A DNA stretch of 63,228 bases, filler included, from Reticulomyxa filosa (GCA_000512085.1; 17 parts of 17 records of this genome joined end to end with filler, not necessarily neighbours in it); one strand, 5' to 3'. Positions 37,459 through 52,170 are shown, counted from the whole stretch's first letter. Notes: generated by a model from the letters alone, not told the origin. Made by a program: numbers and translations.

Positions 37459-40244
37459 CAACGACAACAGGTGTTCGTATAACAACACATGCATATAAAC
37501 CACCACCGCCACCACCGCCAGTGAGCGGCAGTGGCAGTATACATACACGGACCTCGCGTTTGTACAGTCGGATGCAATCGCATCCAGGACACATAAAACC
37601 TCGTGTGGAAACATCGTTAGGAAAATCCAATTCCTCTGCCCAGCCCACGTCCCGATTCAATAAAAATGCATCTGCCGAAGAACGAAATCGACAAGATCAA
37701 ACGAACAGTGAACAAACCAATACGAACACTGCAGCGACAAGCAGTAGTTCGATGAGTGAGGACGAGAATGCCGCAAGTCCGGTGAAAGCCACTGTTTCTT
37801 CACCCTCGCAAGAACGAAAAATCTCCCGAAAATTGGACCCTTCCTACAATCCCATGAACGATCCTGAATTAAATGTGGTTAACCCTTTACAAATGACATT
37901 AGATCAAACATTTTTTGGGATGACTCGAACAAGTGACCTTTCAGATACGTCCAACGTGGTCTCCTCTCCAACCACGACGTCGCGACAATTTTCCGAAGAA
38001 AAGGAAAACATTCCCGTAAATTTGTTGGATCATTGTAATGTCGAGTCTTTGCTGGCGCAAATGAAACATGGCACTCTGTGTCTGCAATCCTTTGAGCATG
38101 CCATCAAAGTGTTTTCCAAAGAGCAAATCAAACACTGCGATGAAACATTAAAGCTTTTGAACAAATCCAAACTCGAGTTTAAAGTCCAAACTTTTTGTTG
38201 GTTTGTTTGAAAATACTTTTACATATGCACATGCATTATTTTTTTTTTTTTTTTTTTGGATTAAAACGATCCATGTATATACGTATACATATATGTATAT
38301 ATATATATGCGAATATGGATACGTAGATATTGCGCTCTAGAGTCAATGCCTAGTTTTACATTTTTAATGAAGCTAGTTCATCAAATGATTGAAGAGATAT
38401 TGGGACATCAAAAAGAGTTTGCGCAGTTTCTGGACACTTCTGTATTAAGCATTGTCGGCAATTTGGAAAAAGTTTCGAATGAGAGCAAAAAAAAAATTTT
38501 CTTGAGTTGCTTCCGATCCCTCTTTCGTATATGTATGTGCATATATTTGTACATATAATACAAAACAGACTTGCGAGCGTGAGTATGAAAGCATTTGCAA
38601 TCGCAAAAAAGCGTCAGATAAAAACTTGAAGAAATTAAAAAATGAGGCAGCGAAAATGAGAAAAGAAACAAGCGACGCAGCTGAAAATGTAATTAAAAGC
38701 AGGCAAAAATCGGATAACACGAATAGTGTGACTTCTCCTAAAACGGGTGATTCCAGCATCACAACCAACTTATTTCAATTGTTGGGAAAAAATAAACTGG
38801 TTTCGAAAAAAACAAAACTTCACAAGATATCGATTACATTAAAACAAAAAATTTGGAAAAGCAATTTCAGACTTCAGTCAACAAATATAATACCGAATTG
38901 CGAAAGTTTCTTTTCATTTGTTTGTTTGTGGAAACGTAAAAATAAAATGACATAGTAAATGTGTTTATTCAACAAACAAAGATATAATGGTGAATATGAA
39001 GCCTGGAAGCAAAACATAATAAATGCGGAACATTTGAGAGTCGAATCCATGATGACTGTGTTCAATAAGTTGCTGACCAAACAAAAACAAATTCAAAATG
39101 ACAAGAAATTGACAGTTTTGTTGATCTAATAGTAGTATTATGAGGAAAAGACGAAACAACGAATAACGTTTGTGTATTTACACAACAGATCCTGCAAAGT
39201 GATATTTTAATATCAATACAAAAGTTGGATCCTCAACAGGAACTAGAGAAATTTGTGCATTTTTGGTAAAATCAATTATCTTTTTTCAAATTTTATGTTA
39301 AATTATAAAATGGCTTCATTTGATTGTTTGTTCATTTTTTAAACAAAGCGTGGAAAAACATGGAAAATACGAACCGGTGGAAGAACAAAAAACTTCGTTG
39401 GATTTGGGCTATCGAGATGTTTTTTTGTCAATAGAAGATGCAATGGCTGTCACGAAAGAAATAAATACCAATGCCAATATTCCTTACATTGTCCCTTTGC
39501 TATGCAATAAAGTGAAAGAATTGGATGGATTCCGTACAGAAGGCATATTTCGAAAATCGGCCAGTGTTGTCGATGTAAGAAAGCTTAGAAATAAAGTTAA
39601 TAATAATCTTTTCATTCAGGTTGTTGTGACTCTTAACATTTGTATTCCTTTTTTTTTTTTAAATAACATAGTTACGAGTGAAAGACTTTACTTTTGATGA
39701 ACAAAATGTTCATATTTTCGCAAATTGTTTGAAAGAATGGCTCCGATCTCTTGAAGGTAAGCTGCACGGTTCAGAAAATATAAGATCCTCTTTTGTTTAA
39801 TTTTGAGAAATAGTAAAATATTGCTTGCACAATGAACAGATCCATTGATTCCAGAATTATATTATGATTTTTGTGTTGAAATGGCCAAGCAAAAAAAACT
39901 TGACAAAGGACAATTTGAAGTATTCTTTTCGCAACTTCCTGCTGTAAATCGAGAGACTCTGAAATATCTAGTTCACTTTCTACGAGAATTGATCCAACCT
40001 GAATATGTGCAAATTACTTTGATGAATTTAGACAATCTTGCCATTGTATTTGGACCAACACTTCTGCGTACTGAAACACTGGTGAGTTTTTCATTCCTTC
40101 TCTTTTCTTTGAATAATCTTTCCTTATTGTTGGCTCTTGTTTTAATTGTCTTCATTTCAATAATTCACATAGGATCCAACTACCGCCTTGCTCAATACTC
40201 AATCCGAGAAACAGTTTGTCATTGCTCTTCTTGAAAGTTCGTGA
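37459..40244 (+). CDS. RhoGAP with upstream F-BAR-like coiled-coil region; multi-exon, 5' truncated
   Basis: IPYIVPLLC...DGFRTEGIFRKSAS (Arg finger), ANCLKEWLRSL.DPLIP, QLPAVNRETLKYL, MNLDNLAIVFGPTLLR. Last exon DPTTALLNTQSEKQFVIALLESS*. Confidence 0.88.
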
Positions 40245-42340
40245 TCTTATCTTTTAACTCTTTTTTTTTCTTGTCTTTTTTTGTCATCAAAACTTTCTCT
40301 GGTATGTTCGATTTGTAAGATTTTTTCTCTTTGAATGAGACTTTTGCATAAACTATTCAACTTTCAAAAAGTTTTTTGACTTTCAACAAAGATATATAAA
40401 CACAACATTCCATCTTTTTATTTATTATTGAATCAAGATTTGTTTATTTTCCTAACTTCCCGACTCGATACATTTGTCATTATCATCAAAAAAAGATGAA
40501 AATTTTTTGGTTGACTAAGCAAGCACATTTGCTCCAAAAATACAATCGTTATACATCCCTTTGTGGTACGTGTAGTACTAACATTATCAGAAATCCAAGT
40601 GAACCTCAGAACTCCCTTTATTCTGGTTCACACTCACTTCACTCCTCAGTCTTTCGTTCTTCTTAGTTTTGCTTGTTTGTTTTTTGATCATTATTTTCTC
40701 GTTATTTAACAAATTTCGTTTTGTTGAAAGTTTGCTCAGGAGAGCTAATCAATCTTTAGTGCTATACTTTATGCAGCTCTTTTCAGCAGCAAACATTCCA
40801 CACCTTGATGAACGCAAATTATTTGTGCGTTAAAAAAATTATAATTTTATATATTACATTTATTATTCATAATAGAAAATATTATGTTTTATTGTTATAG
40901 TTCGGTTTTCTAAATGAAAAATAAACAAATCTAAAAATATGTACAAATATTGTAGTTTTATATTTAAATTTTTTTGGTTTGATTTTGATCGATTCATTGC
41001 TTTTAAAAAATTTTTGGCTGTCACTTAAAATTTAACTTTTCGAAATGGTCTACTTGTATTGATTAAGATAAAGCTAAATTTGGAAGATAGTAATATTAAT
41101 ACGAATGTCGAATTTTTTAACTGTTACAAACACCAGATTATATTATTGTAAAAAAGCTATCTTTTCATATAAAAGAATGTTTTTTATATATCTTAAAAAA
41201 AGTTATCATAAAACAAATTTTATATTTAAAATATATATAAATGTTGTAGTTTTTAAATAAAATTGGTTTAATAGTAACTTTTTTATAGGTTGATCAGAAA
41301 CATCATTTTTCATATGAATTTTGAAAATTTCGCAGAAATATATGTAAATCAAAAATGTATTGACAATATGAAATTTTTAATTTTTTTTTCTTTTTTAGAA
41401 ATCTTCAAGTAACGTATATACTTTTTAAAAATTGAAATTGCATCTTAAGTAGTTTAAAAAAATTCAACATTCAAAATTGAACTTTTTGAATTTTTTTTTT
41501 TGAAAAATTGAATTTTAGCTTTAAAGATTTTTTTTATGTAAAATTTTTTTGTATTTTTATTTTTTACTACTTTGTCTGCATTACTTGGCATTAATTGTTG
41601 CTTCTATTCTTCTTGACATTTACTAGATTATTACTTTACTATAAATGTTTTCGATTGTGTTCAAATCTGGAGAATTTAGTGGAAATTTTATTAATTTTAG
41701 TTGTTGCAAGTTGCATTGTCTTTGGAATAACGAGCTATTTTCATTTTTAAACAATAATGCACAATATTCAAAATGTTATATTTTAATATTTTTTTTATAA
41801 ATTTCAGAATTTATTCCACAATATATATTGCATTTACAACACTATTTGAGAAAAAACAAGTCTAAATTAAACTTTTGACTATGCTACTATATACTAAATA
41901 TTAGTTTATTTTTCCAAACGTATTTAATTCAATTAATTCTACTATAATTAATCTTTGTTTCGATGAAAATATTACTTTTTTTAATTATTTACGTTCAAAT
42001 GCTTGTATATATTTGCAAATTCGTGAATCAAATTGATATTATATTCTAAGTTAGTCTTTTTCTTCTTAGCAAATGCAGTTAAACTATTTCTTTTAAGCAA
42101 TCACAAATCACAGAAGTTACATTTAATGAAATAAGATAGACAAACTAATTAAACAAAACTAAAAAAAAATCAATAGATAAGAGCAAAAGTATCAATTAAC
42201 ATTATATATGCTAGTGCTATGATATGATGTTCTGACTATCTTCATTGTGCTGTGGCTAAGCCTTCAAACTATTGCCTTCCTAAGGCATGAAAAATTTTAA
42301 AAGAATTATAAAATTAACTTATTAAATTAAATAAAAAAAG

Positions 42341-42432
42341 AAAACTACAAGATTTGTAGATATTTTATTTAAAATAAAAAAAATTATGTCTAAATGTTGA
42401 TTTTTCATGGAGAAAATCAATTATCATCATAA
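42341..42432 (+). repeat. Dispersed AT-rich repeat, copy 2
   Basis: Homologous to 29440-29520 on a different contig. Confidence 0.6.
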
Positions 42433-43447
42433 GATATCGTTTCAGGCGTTCAGTTTTCTTTGCAACATACTGTATATGCATATAGTGCTTTACTTTCGTT
42501 TCTTCGAATATGGTCACAATTTTAAACAAATTTTCAATTTCTTGGTATTTTTGGATCTTTCTGACTATTTTCTGAGATTTCTAGGTTTTTGGTCTTTCTG
42601 ACATATTTTTTGCAACTTCCTGGCATTTCTGGATTTTTCGTGTCATTTTCTGCAACATCGTGGTGTTTCTGTGTTTTCAGTGCATTTTCCATAATTTGTT
42701 GGTACTTCTGGATATCCACACGAAAAACGCTTGTATTTCTTTGTTTTATATCTGGTCTGTATTGACGATATTAGTGTCTAGTCGTCATTTCGCCAGATAT
42801 CGATATTTTTAGTATGGAGGTTTGTAGATCTAGTTCTTAATTCAGTTGATTTTACTTTTTTCCAACTTCTTAAAGTGGTTATTAGATTGTGATTTTTTAA
42901 AATTTATTGTTGTGTTTACACTAAACTTTTATTTTTTCACTGTGCAAATTTGTTTCTTCTTTTGATTCGTCGGAATTTTAAACTTTTTAACTACAACAAA
43001 AAATTTATTAATTAAATTGAGTGAACAGAATGTTGATATATTTTCTCTTTTTAGTAATTAAACTTTCGTATTTTTTGACAATTAAAGTGATAGATCGCAC
43101 ATCACAGTAATGATATTTAAAGGAAGTCTTTTATTTATAATTACTTCCAAAGTAAGCATTTATGTATTACAAAGAGATAGGAATTGCTTGGTCATATATG
43201 AGAATAAGTGTTTTCGAACTAAGAAATTTGGAACATTCGGAGATCATTATAAACGGTTAAAAAGTAAATCAATTGACTTGGCAAAAAAGTTTCTTGTTTC
43301 CTTTCGTAAAGTCCAGAAGTTTAAACGAATATTAGTAAAAAAAGTGGTTTAGGACACGCTTGTTTTTGTTTTAAGAAGACCAAGTTGAAGAGAAGCGTCT
43401 ACGTTGGCTTTTAATCGTGATAGAAGATAGTGTTTCTCTTTAGTGCA

Positions 43448-44131
43448 TCAACCGTCTATGATTGATGTGATTAATTGCGAAAAAGTAACGTCATTGGCAA
43501 AGTAGGCCATACAAATAAAGACAAATTGGCAAATCAATCGTATTAATAAGCCCGGCAATGGTATTCTCAGCTCATGTCGCTTCTTTGAATCGTAAATTAA
43601 ATCTACTCCATAAATCGGAATACTAAAGGTCAAAATAAACAAGGCTAAAAATTTTCCTACTATGCGTATCCCTGGAACGAATAATATAATACTAGTACAC
43701 AAGTGAAATGTTGCACATAAATACAAATATTCTTGTGTGCTCATGGCGCATGCTAAAAAGTTCCAAGTGGTTTGAATATAAAAAAGTGATGCACGCTCCG
43801 CAAATAAAAATAATGCTTGGAAGAGCAAATAACAAGCCAATAACAAATTTATGAAAATAGTTGGCCATGACATCAGCGTGGAAGAGGGGTCCTTGTCATC
43901 ATACGCGTACTGCAAAAAAAGCAAAACAACTCCAACCAAGGCACATAATATTGTAATTCCTGTCATTATTTTCAATGGATTAGCTCTGCGTTTAATCGTT
44001 TCATGTCTTGGGGAAGTCGGACCGACGTCTTCGGACAGCACATGCAAACCACTGTCATTTCCAAAAAAACCTGCCGATGCCTGAGAAGAGGCAACACGAC
44101 GTCTAGTCTCTGCAGATATTTGTTGATTCAT
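43448..44131 (-). CDS. Multi-pass membrane protein, DoxX-like (COG4270-type) C-terminal half
   Basis: Intronless 227 aa with about 5 TM. YLCATFHL...LFVPGIR...PIY...LLIRLICQFVFICMA resembles the DoxX-like L.RLP.Q..LI.WA motif. Confidence 0.6.
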   Translation of the reverse strand: MNQQISAETRRRVASSQASAGFFGNDSGLHVLSEDVGPTSPRHETIKRRANPLKIMTGITILCALVGVVLLFLQYAYDDKDPSSTLMSWPTIFINLLLACYLLFQALFLFAERASLFYIQTTWNFLACAMSTQEYLYLCATFHLCTSIILFVPGIRIVGKFLALFILTFSIPIYGVDLIYDSKKRHELRIPLPGLLIRLICQFVFICMAYFANDVTFSQLITSIIDG

Positions 44132-44407
44132 AAAATTATGAACAGTGAAGAAAAGTCACAATTATAATAAGGCAGAAAAAACTCGTCCCCTTTAAAGAAA
44201 AAAAAGGCGGCGTTTACACTGTTGCTTGCGTATGAACAAAAATAAGTGGAAGATAATTCTAATTGATTTTCTTCGAGAAGAAGGGTAAAGAGACAGAGAA
44301 AGAACTGGCCCTGTTCTTCCACCTTTTGACAAAGTTTGAAATAAGTACCCCTTTCATCATTTTAGTTTTTTTTCCTTTCACCTGATTTGAACCATTGACA
44401 GTATTCA

Positions 44408-47400
44408 ATGGCTGACGCAGACCTAAATAAAGATATGGAGAATCTGCGCGGTCTATTAAAAGAGGAAATGAAAATAATAGAGCCACTAGCGACTCGACTA
44501 GCGATTGTACTATTACCAAGGCAAAAAATGAGTGAAGAAATTGTGTCTACACCACAAAGTGAATGGAGGGAGATATTTGCAAAGGCAAATATTGAGAGAA
44601 CATTATTGGAGGAAGTGCTGAGCAAAGTGAACGACTGGAGAGAAAAGCATAACAAAAGCAGGCTGACTCTTTTACAGTTGAAAAGGAACAACAAAATTAT
44701 GATCATTTCACTGATGCTATAATTTTTATTTATTTGAAAAGAGAGCAATAAGATAAAATGTTATAATGACAAGATATGAACATTTATGTAAATTAAAAAA
44801 AAAAAAATGAAAGAGGTGTGATCGCACGGAAGCAGACATTTTCATTTATCACAGAGATTATTGGCGACTACGCCATAATGTCATTAGATGTTATGTGAAG
44901 AAGACAAAAAAAACATGTCGACATAGGCATAGACACATAAATAACAAAGCATCGTGTATTTTTTTTCCATAAAAAGCAAACACATAACATTTTCAAAAAA
45001 AAAAAGAATAATAATGGAGTGATTTTTAAAGCAACGAATAAGAAATGGGATAATCTGCAATTGAAAGCAGGAGATGAAGTGAAATGCACGTACGAAAGAG
45101 ATAACGAGTCAAAAATTGTTCAAATCACTAACATCGCACACGTGTTTTACAAGCACACCGTCCACGCAGATACAAACTCTCGGAAATTTGTTGAAGTCAA
45201 GACATTTGCAAGCATTAGCACAATCTCAAAGCCAGTTTTGTCTTTTTTCTCTTTGGCTTATTGGATAATACACAATGCAGTCAAAATGATCAAACAACAA
45301 AGGTACGGGTATGGATCCAAGAGAGCGACTTTCAGGTCGGCCAGCAAGTGCACTTTCGAGTGCAGTTTACAGAGCAATCTGAATTTATTGCCCGGGAGAT
45401 TCAAACTACTGAAAAAGCATTGTTTAGAATATCCCTTCAAAATGGCGTCAAGCCAATCTTTTTTCGATGGCAAAAAAAAAAAGTGAAATTGAAAATTATG
45501 TATGTGTGTGTGTGTACGCAGAGAGGAGTTAATAAAGGATACAACCCCAAGCGCGAAGATAATAAAAAAGCAAGAGAGATTCACAAAGGCTGAAAACTGG
45601 CTGAACAATCCAATAAGAGGTTGTTCTTTGTTTTTGTGTCTTGTGTCCCCTTTGACAAAAAAAAAAAGTTCAATTATGGACAAATTTAAAAAAAAAAAAA
45701 AAACAACACACACACACATACACACACAACAAAGAATATGAAGACTGGGACGAATGGAAAAACGAAGGGACATTGAAGGCAATGGCCTTGGAATGGCTCG
45801 AGTTTCACAAAAGTGTATCCAATCCTCATTCTCATTCTCATTCTCATTCCACGGAGAAAACGAAAGAAACAGAACAGATTCTATGGTACCGCCATTACAT
45901 TGAATTGGAAATACTGAAGGAGATCATGTTGGACTGTATAAAAGAAAAGTGCAGTATTCCCGAATTATTAACAATCACTGTGGCCGAATGGCAGACAGAA
46001 AATAAGATCAACGCAGCCAATTTAAGAGGGGGGGATATCGACGACAAGGAAGACGAAAAAAAAGACGCAACGCTTTCAAGGGAAAACAACACATTCGAAA
46101 GCAAATGGCCGGAAATCGACGCCTTGCGTGGTTTGATCGAAAAGTTTCACAACACTCCTGTCGATAGCAACACTCGTGTGATTGAGGCTATTTCTGACGA
46201 TGTTCGAGCACTTGAAATGAAACAGAAAATACAATTTTATCAAAGTGAAGGAGTCAATGATATTCCAATTCTTGGCACGCTTTCACAATATAAAAAACCC
46301 AAAGTTTTGCGAATCTACGTTCATGTACCCAATACCGGCTCTAACAACGCGCAGCCATCAAACAAATTTTTCTGCAATTTAATTCAATCTCCACTGGAGT
46401 TTTTATTTTTGTTTATACGATTGACATATACGTATACGTGTATGGTATGTATATGTGCATATTCAAATGTCCCTTATTATTGTTGTGACAATCACTTATT
46501 GTTTTATTTGATTGTATGGACACAACCCAGTACGATATAAGCTATATCCATTGGCAGATGATAGCGCTTCATTGTATTGGAGCGATTTTCGGGTGAACAA
46601 TGACACAAAGTTGCATGTGCGCGTCTTCGGCAATCAGCCCATGGTTCTCTTTAAAGGAGATATCCCCGGACATACGAGTGCCTGGTTCTTGAAGGAGTCG
46701 TCATTTTGGCAAGGCATGAAAGACGTGATCACTTCATCACGAAACAGTTCCCCAAGTCGATTGATATTGGAACATTTGACAAATTCAATTGACGACATTG
46801 AGTCATCTCGGTTGGCAAAGGAGAGATGGAGTGATATGCGATCTGCACTAAACTTTGATTTCGAGCAGTGTCAACAATTATACGAAAGCAAGATCGATCA
46901 TTTCGAAGACAACAAAGCAACAAAAAAAACAGTTTCAAACAAACAAACAAACAAACATACACATATATACATGTATGTACATAATGCAATTTGAAATTAT
47001 TTGATAATGACAGCTATTCCAATTTATGTTTTTGGGGCAACTCTTGGAAAATCAAAGAAAACGCTTGGCCCCATGGACGTTATTTACGATTATTAGGTTT
47101 CTCTTCCATGCCTGTGAGAAAGCGCCTCCACCAAGCGCGATACTTGACATACTAGTGAGTGATTTCGAAAACCATCGATCAAAGGCATACGTATCTTATT
47201 GGAACGAAAAAAAAATGGACGGATATCAACAACTTATACTTGTTCCATGTTTCAATTATCTGTCTTGGGCCCAATCTCAAGTTTCTCGTTACAATCCTGT
47301 CCACGCAGGAGAGCTTTTCAAAAATATCGAATTCAGGACACAACTAAACCATTTGGAATTGGAACAACAATGTCTAGAGTTGCTGCAATTGGACATTGAG

Positions 47401-50400
47401 TTGCAAGATGCCAAAATATATCGAAAGGTTTTTGTCGAAGGTATCCTATTTGAATTGTTGCACGTACAAAAAGAAAGCAGTGCATCTCTGGCCTTATCTC
47501 AGCGTATCGTTGAGATTTTGTTGGACAAACTCAGTCCCGAATCCAAATCGCAAGTGTGGACACAACTGTTGACCATGCGATACGGCAAGTGTTGGCGTGT
47601 ACTTTTGCAACTGTGGAAGTGCGACTTTGCGAAGTGGAATGCATTTTTGGAAAATTTGGCGAATTCGGGAGTTTTGGAAAAGCAAAGCGTCAAAAACGAA
47701 CTGTTGCAAGTGTTTCAACACAAAGCCTTTTGGGAGTTGATTGTGTCGTCCGCTGATACTTTGAAAAATTTTATTCAATTTGTTATGAGTCAGAAACTAA
47801 TGTATGTATATACAATTTACTTTTGTCCATTCATGAATATACCTCTATACATGTGTGTGCCGTTAAACATAGATGGCACGCTCCGGAGGACATTTTAAAA
47901 ACAATGGAACATTGCATAGATTGTGAACAAATTCACAAGGAGCAGGTGGCCATTCAATTATTTGACCTATTGTGGAATCTGCCATTTGACTCGATTTCCA
48001 TTCGGCGATCTGTGTGCGAAAGCACAGAGACGATGCTACGTACACTGATATCTCGAACGTCATCCCATCCTTTGTGTCTTCGCTTGTTCCAGCGCAAGAC
48101 TGAAAAGAAAGTGACATTAGACGACTTATTGGCACGAGTATTGAAAAAGTGGATACGAGGTGATTACTTTGACCATCAGTCCTCGTTCAGATCGTATCAT
48201 TCAAGGATTCTTCGCTTCTTGTCTCTTCCCGAGTTTTTCCAAACTCCGACTTGCTATCAAGAGTCACTTTTGGAAGATGTGATGCACAATGCCAACTTTA
48301 TTACATTTGATGCAAAATACTGGACTGAAACCGATGTAAAGACAATTGGAGAATGCCTTAATCAAGAGTGGACGGATTTATCTCTGTGGGATCAACTCTT
48401 TGAAATTATTATGAAAATTCCAGAACAATTGGAATTTTCCCGGAACATCCCCAATCCTGTTGTCGAAGAAAAGCGAGAAGAGAATACGCAATCTGAGCAA
48501 GCGACGTCTTCTAATGATCCTCTAGACATGGACATTGACGAGGATGTTTACGATGACAACAAAGACGACGTAAAAGAAAAAGAGACTGTTCCACAAGTTC
48601 AGGAAGATACGAATGCAAATATAAATTCTCAAATTATGTGTCGTCGCTTGAGTTATTGCTTCAAATGCATAATGTGGATATCCCTATTAAATAAGGCCTC
48701 AGACAAAGTTAAGGCGTGCAAACAGCTGCTCCTGTTCATAGAAACGACACTACGAACATTGTTCCAATCTGTAGCCGATAACTCCATTACCGTGTATGTA
48801 TGCCAATTTATTGCGGAGGATCAAAGCGCTTTGAGCAATATTAAAATATTACGAACGATTTTGTCACAACTGAATGATATGGATCGCAACATTGTGAAAA
48901 CGTTGGAAGAGACAACAAAAAACTTTAAGGAATTTGCAGCGATGATTGGAATGTTCAAGCAAATGTTTGGCAAGTATCTATCATTGGAAGATGTATCTGT
49001 CCGATTGAAATACTTTAACGCATTTTGCGAGAATTGGACCTTTAAGTCGTTTCCCAAGTGTTTCACAGCGTGGGAAAAAGAAAGAGATTTGCTGTCTTCG
49101 TGCATAAAACCAATGCAAGTATTGATCAATTTACGTGAAAGCTCAGCTTTTGGAAAAATTTGGAATACTCAAAAATCAGAATTCAAACGGTCAGAGAATG
49201 ACCCATTTTTGGATTTTATGACAAGACATTTTGACTCAGTCTGTCTCAAATGGAAGAGCCTGATACAAGACGTCGACAAAGAATTGTTGCGCTTTGAGGA
49301 CTTGAAATGGTTTGAACCTTCAGGCTTGGCGGTGGAAATGAAACACTTATTTCCAGGCATTACAGAAGAAAAGCGCAATGCAATGGTTCAAAGCATTGGC
49401 GAAAAGACAAGGAAGGCAACACGTCTGAAGCAGATGAAAGCACCATGGAAAAAACTGCAAACTGTCACTGAGAAATGGCAAGCGTATCATACACAAAAAG
49501 AATGGAAAAAGGACGACAAATGGAACGAGTTTGTGGAAACGCTCGGCAAAATCGAGCAATTGCTGCAACAAGAACAACTACTGACAATTGAGGACGTATC
49601 CAAATGCTACGACAAATGCATAAGTTGTGTCAGTGACGTGGCTTTGCAAAGCGACGACTTTTTTGACTTGTGTCTAAAAAATGAAAAAACCATCAAAATT
49701 ATCGCCACCGATGAAAACTTTTCCAAATTAGAATTTTTTGAAAACACAATGCAAACACTGGACAACTCACGAGAAAGTCGTTTTCAACAACTGGTCAGCT
49801 ATTTGCGTGTGGTCAATGTGGAAATGCAAAATCGCATTTGGAAAGCCAAGTTCGAAAATGTGAGCGAGTTTGCCAAGATCATACAAATATTGCCACGATG
49901 TCAACCGGAGTTTGTCAGCAAATTTAGCAAATGCTGTGATGAAGATTTAGTTGCTATCATTCATTTGGTGGAAGAAGACGGAATCTTGCAAGCCGAACAA
50001 AGTCTGAACAAATTAAAAAAAGCCAACGAATGTGGTGAATGGAAATTTGCGACATGCCAGAAAATATTACAGATGCCTTCTGAAGAGGCTTTGGAAGCCA
50101 CTACCACGACCCCCTCTGGTGCTGATACTCCAAAGGAAACACCCTCAAGTAACAAAATGAACAAGATTAGCACGTTGGCCGAACAAAAGGACCCCTTGGT
50201 TTTGCGAATTGATGGTAAAGACTTGAATTGTGATCAAGTGGAGCAAATCATTGATCAAGTGCTATTGCGATACTCCAAAAATGAATTGCAACCCATTCAA
50301 CACATTATTCACCAATTCGAATGTTGCAAAGAAATCAGCGCATATCGAGTTGAATTTTGGAAAAAAGGGGGCCGCGTGGAACACGACAGTCTAACCCTAT

Positions 50401-52170
50401 CGGTCAATGAGCAAACTCTCGCATTTACAAAACATAAAAAACAATGGCAAGATCAACTCAATGATTGGAACTCGACCCGAACCAAAATGAGACAGGAATT
50501 CCCCGTGCTTAACTATTTTTGTTTCAATGAAATACGATTGCTCATCCAGCGTTTGAATGACATTATTTTGTCGCGAAAAAATATTTGGGAAATATTGGGA
50601 AGCAAGTACGTGTTACCATTTTTGCAGCGAATTGACTTTGAATTTGAAGATATCCTGTCCATTCTCAATCAATGGAAAAAGATTTCAGTTGAAAGCGAAG
50701 AGTCTTTGCACCGATTCGGACAAATCTTGGATGGAGTGTGGCAAAAGTCGAACAACAATCGCATTCGAGTATCTTCGACGACATGCATATTGGAATTGGG
50801 TAAGCCAAATCTCATTGTGGAGCAAAAAGAGGGATTGTTTAGCATTTTGGAATTGTTCAAAACGCACGGAATGATTCCACGGTCCGAGCATGTGTTAATA
50901 TGCAAAAGCACGACCACTGATGAGGAAATCGAATGTCTATTGTTCCGAGCGATAAAAGCTGCCGAGTATGCCATCCAACATCAGAGTCGAAGGGTGCCAT
51001 TGTATTGTCTAGTTTGGCCGGAAAAGCTATCTCGAGAAACGATGGATCACACGTTGCGCCTATTTGATTCGTTGCTACTGAGCGATGAGGCGTTGGAGAA
51101 ATTGCAAATGGCGCCATATTTATTCGCAATTGTTTCCTCGCAGCTGTATAATGAACTTTCCCAAAAGCTAATGCCCTTCCGAATTCCCGAGCGGGTGGCT
51201 TTGTCGAATGACACTGCAAAACAAATTTTGCCGCAAATGTATTGCGATAACCTCACCGCCTTTGCCCAACAAAACGCACGGCCTTTGGTGCAGTTGTACG
51301 TATCCAATAACGTTGGAATAGGGAAGACGTATAAGATTCGAAGTGAGATCGCCGCGATTCGACAATTGAATAACAATGTCCAAAATGTGTGTGTAGCGTT
51401 CAATAGTGGTACTTTGGATATGGAATTCATTATCAGACGACTATGGAAATATCATCCCTGTCACAATAAACATGATATAGTCCAAGGAATTGAGTCTATT
51501 GAAGCGAAATGCAAAAAATCGAAATACAAAAAAAATAATCTGATTGTTTATCATTTTGATCTTTCGTCGTGTATTTCCAATGAAATGAATGACTTCCTCT
51601 TTGAATTGCTCCTTTTGCAACATGTCGATACCAGTCTATCCATTTCCGACTGTTTTCATGTCAATAAAAATATGGCCTTTCTCATTGAGATCCCTTCGAA
51701 GCTGAACAATTCAAAAGATTTCCCCAAGGACCTGCTGCATGTACTGTTTGGAAAAATCGCATTTCCAACGATCCAAGTGGATGGCCAGTCCAATCCATTC
51801 CAATTTGGTAATGAGTCTCAATATGCGATCAAGTGGATTAAAGAATTTGATGCAGGTAGGTTGCAAACACAAGATCCCAATCCAATCGATATCCCGAATT
51901 TGACCATTGCCGAAATGGAGCAATTTATGTCCACCAAATTCTCGCACATCCATTCCATGACACCTTTGCATCGCATCACTTTTTTCAAATACTTATTCCA
52001 ACAGTTTGAATGCTTGGCCGAGTCTCCCTTTTTGAGAAATGACATTCTATTGCAGGAAAATTATGGGATTCCTTTCAAGCACGACGTGACAAAATCCATC
52101 ATTGAAATCAGTCAAGATTTCTGTAGACGCTTGTACAACAACAAGTCCGATGAAAAGAAAGACGATGAAA
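44408..52170 (+). CDS. RNF213 (mysterin)-like giant AAA+ protein; 5' about 2300 aa, truncated after the first AAA unit
   Basis: Motifs in RNF213 order: RQEFPVLNYFCFNEIRLL, PRSEHVLICKSTTTDEEIECLLFRA, LYCLVWPEKLS, VSNNVGIGKT (P-loop), VYHFDLSS..MNDFLFELLLLQ, FLIEIP. Several 5' exons, then an exon of more than 4.2 kb. Confidence 0.82.

Noticed and set aside
40300-42300. Long AT-rich stretch as an RNA gene or structured element
   Set aside because: No recognisable tRNA, rRNA or snRNA motif and no periodic repeat; treated as intergenic.
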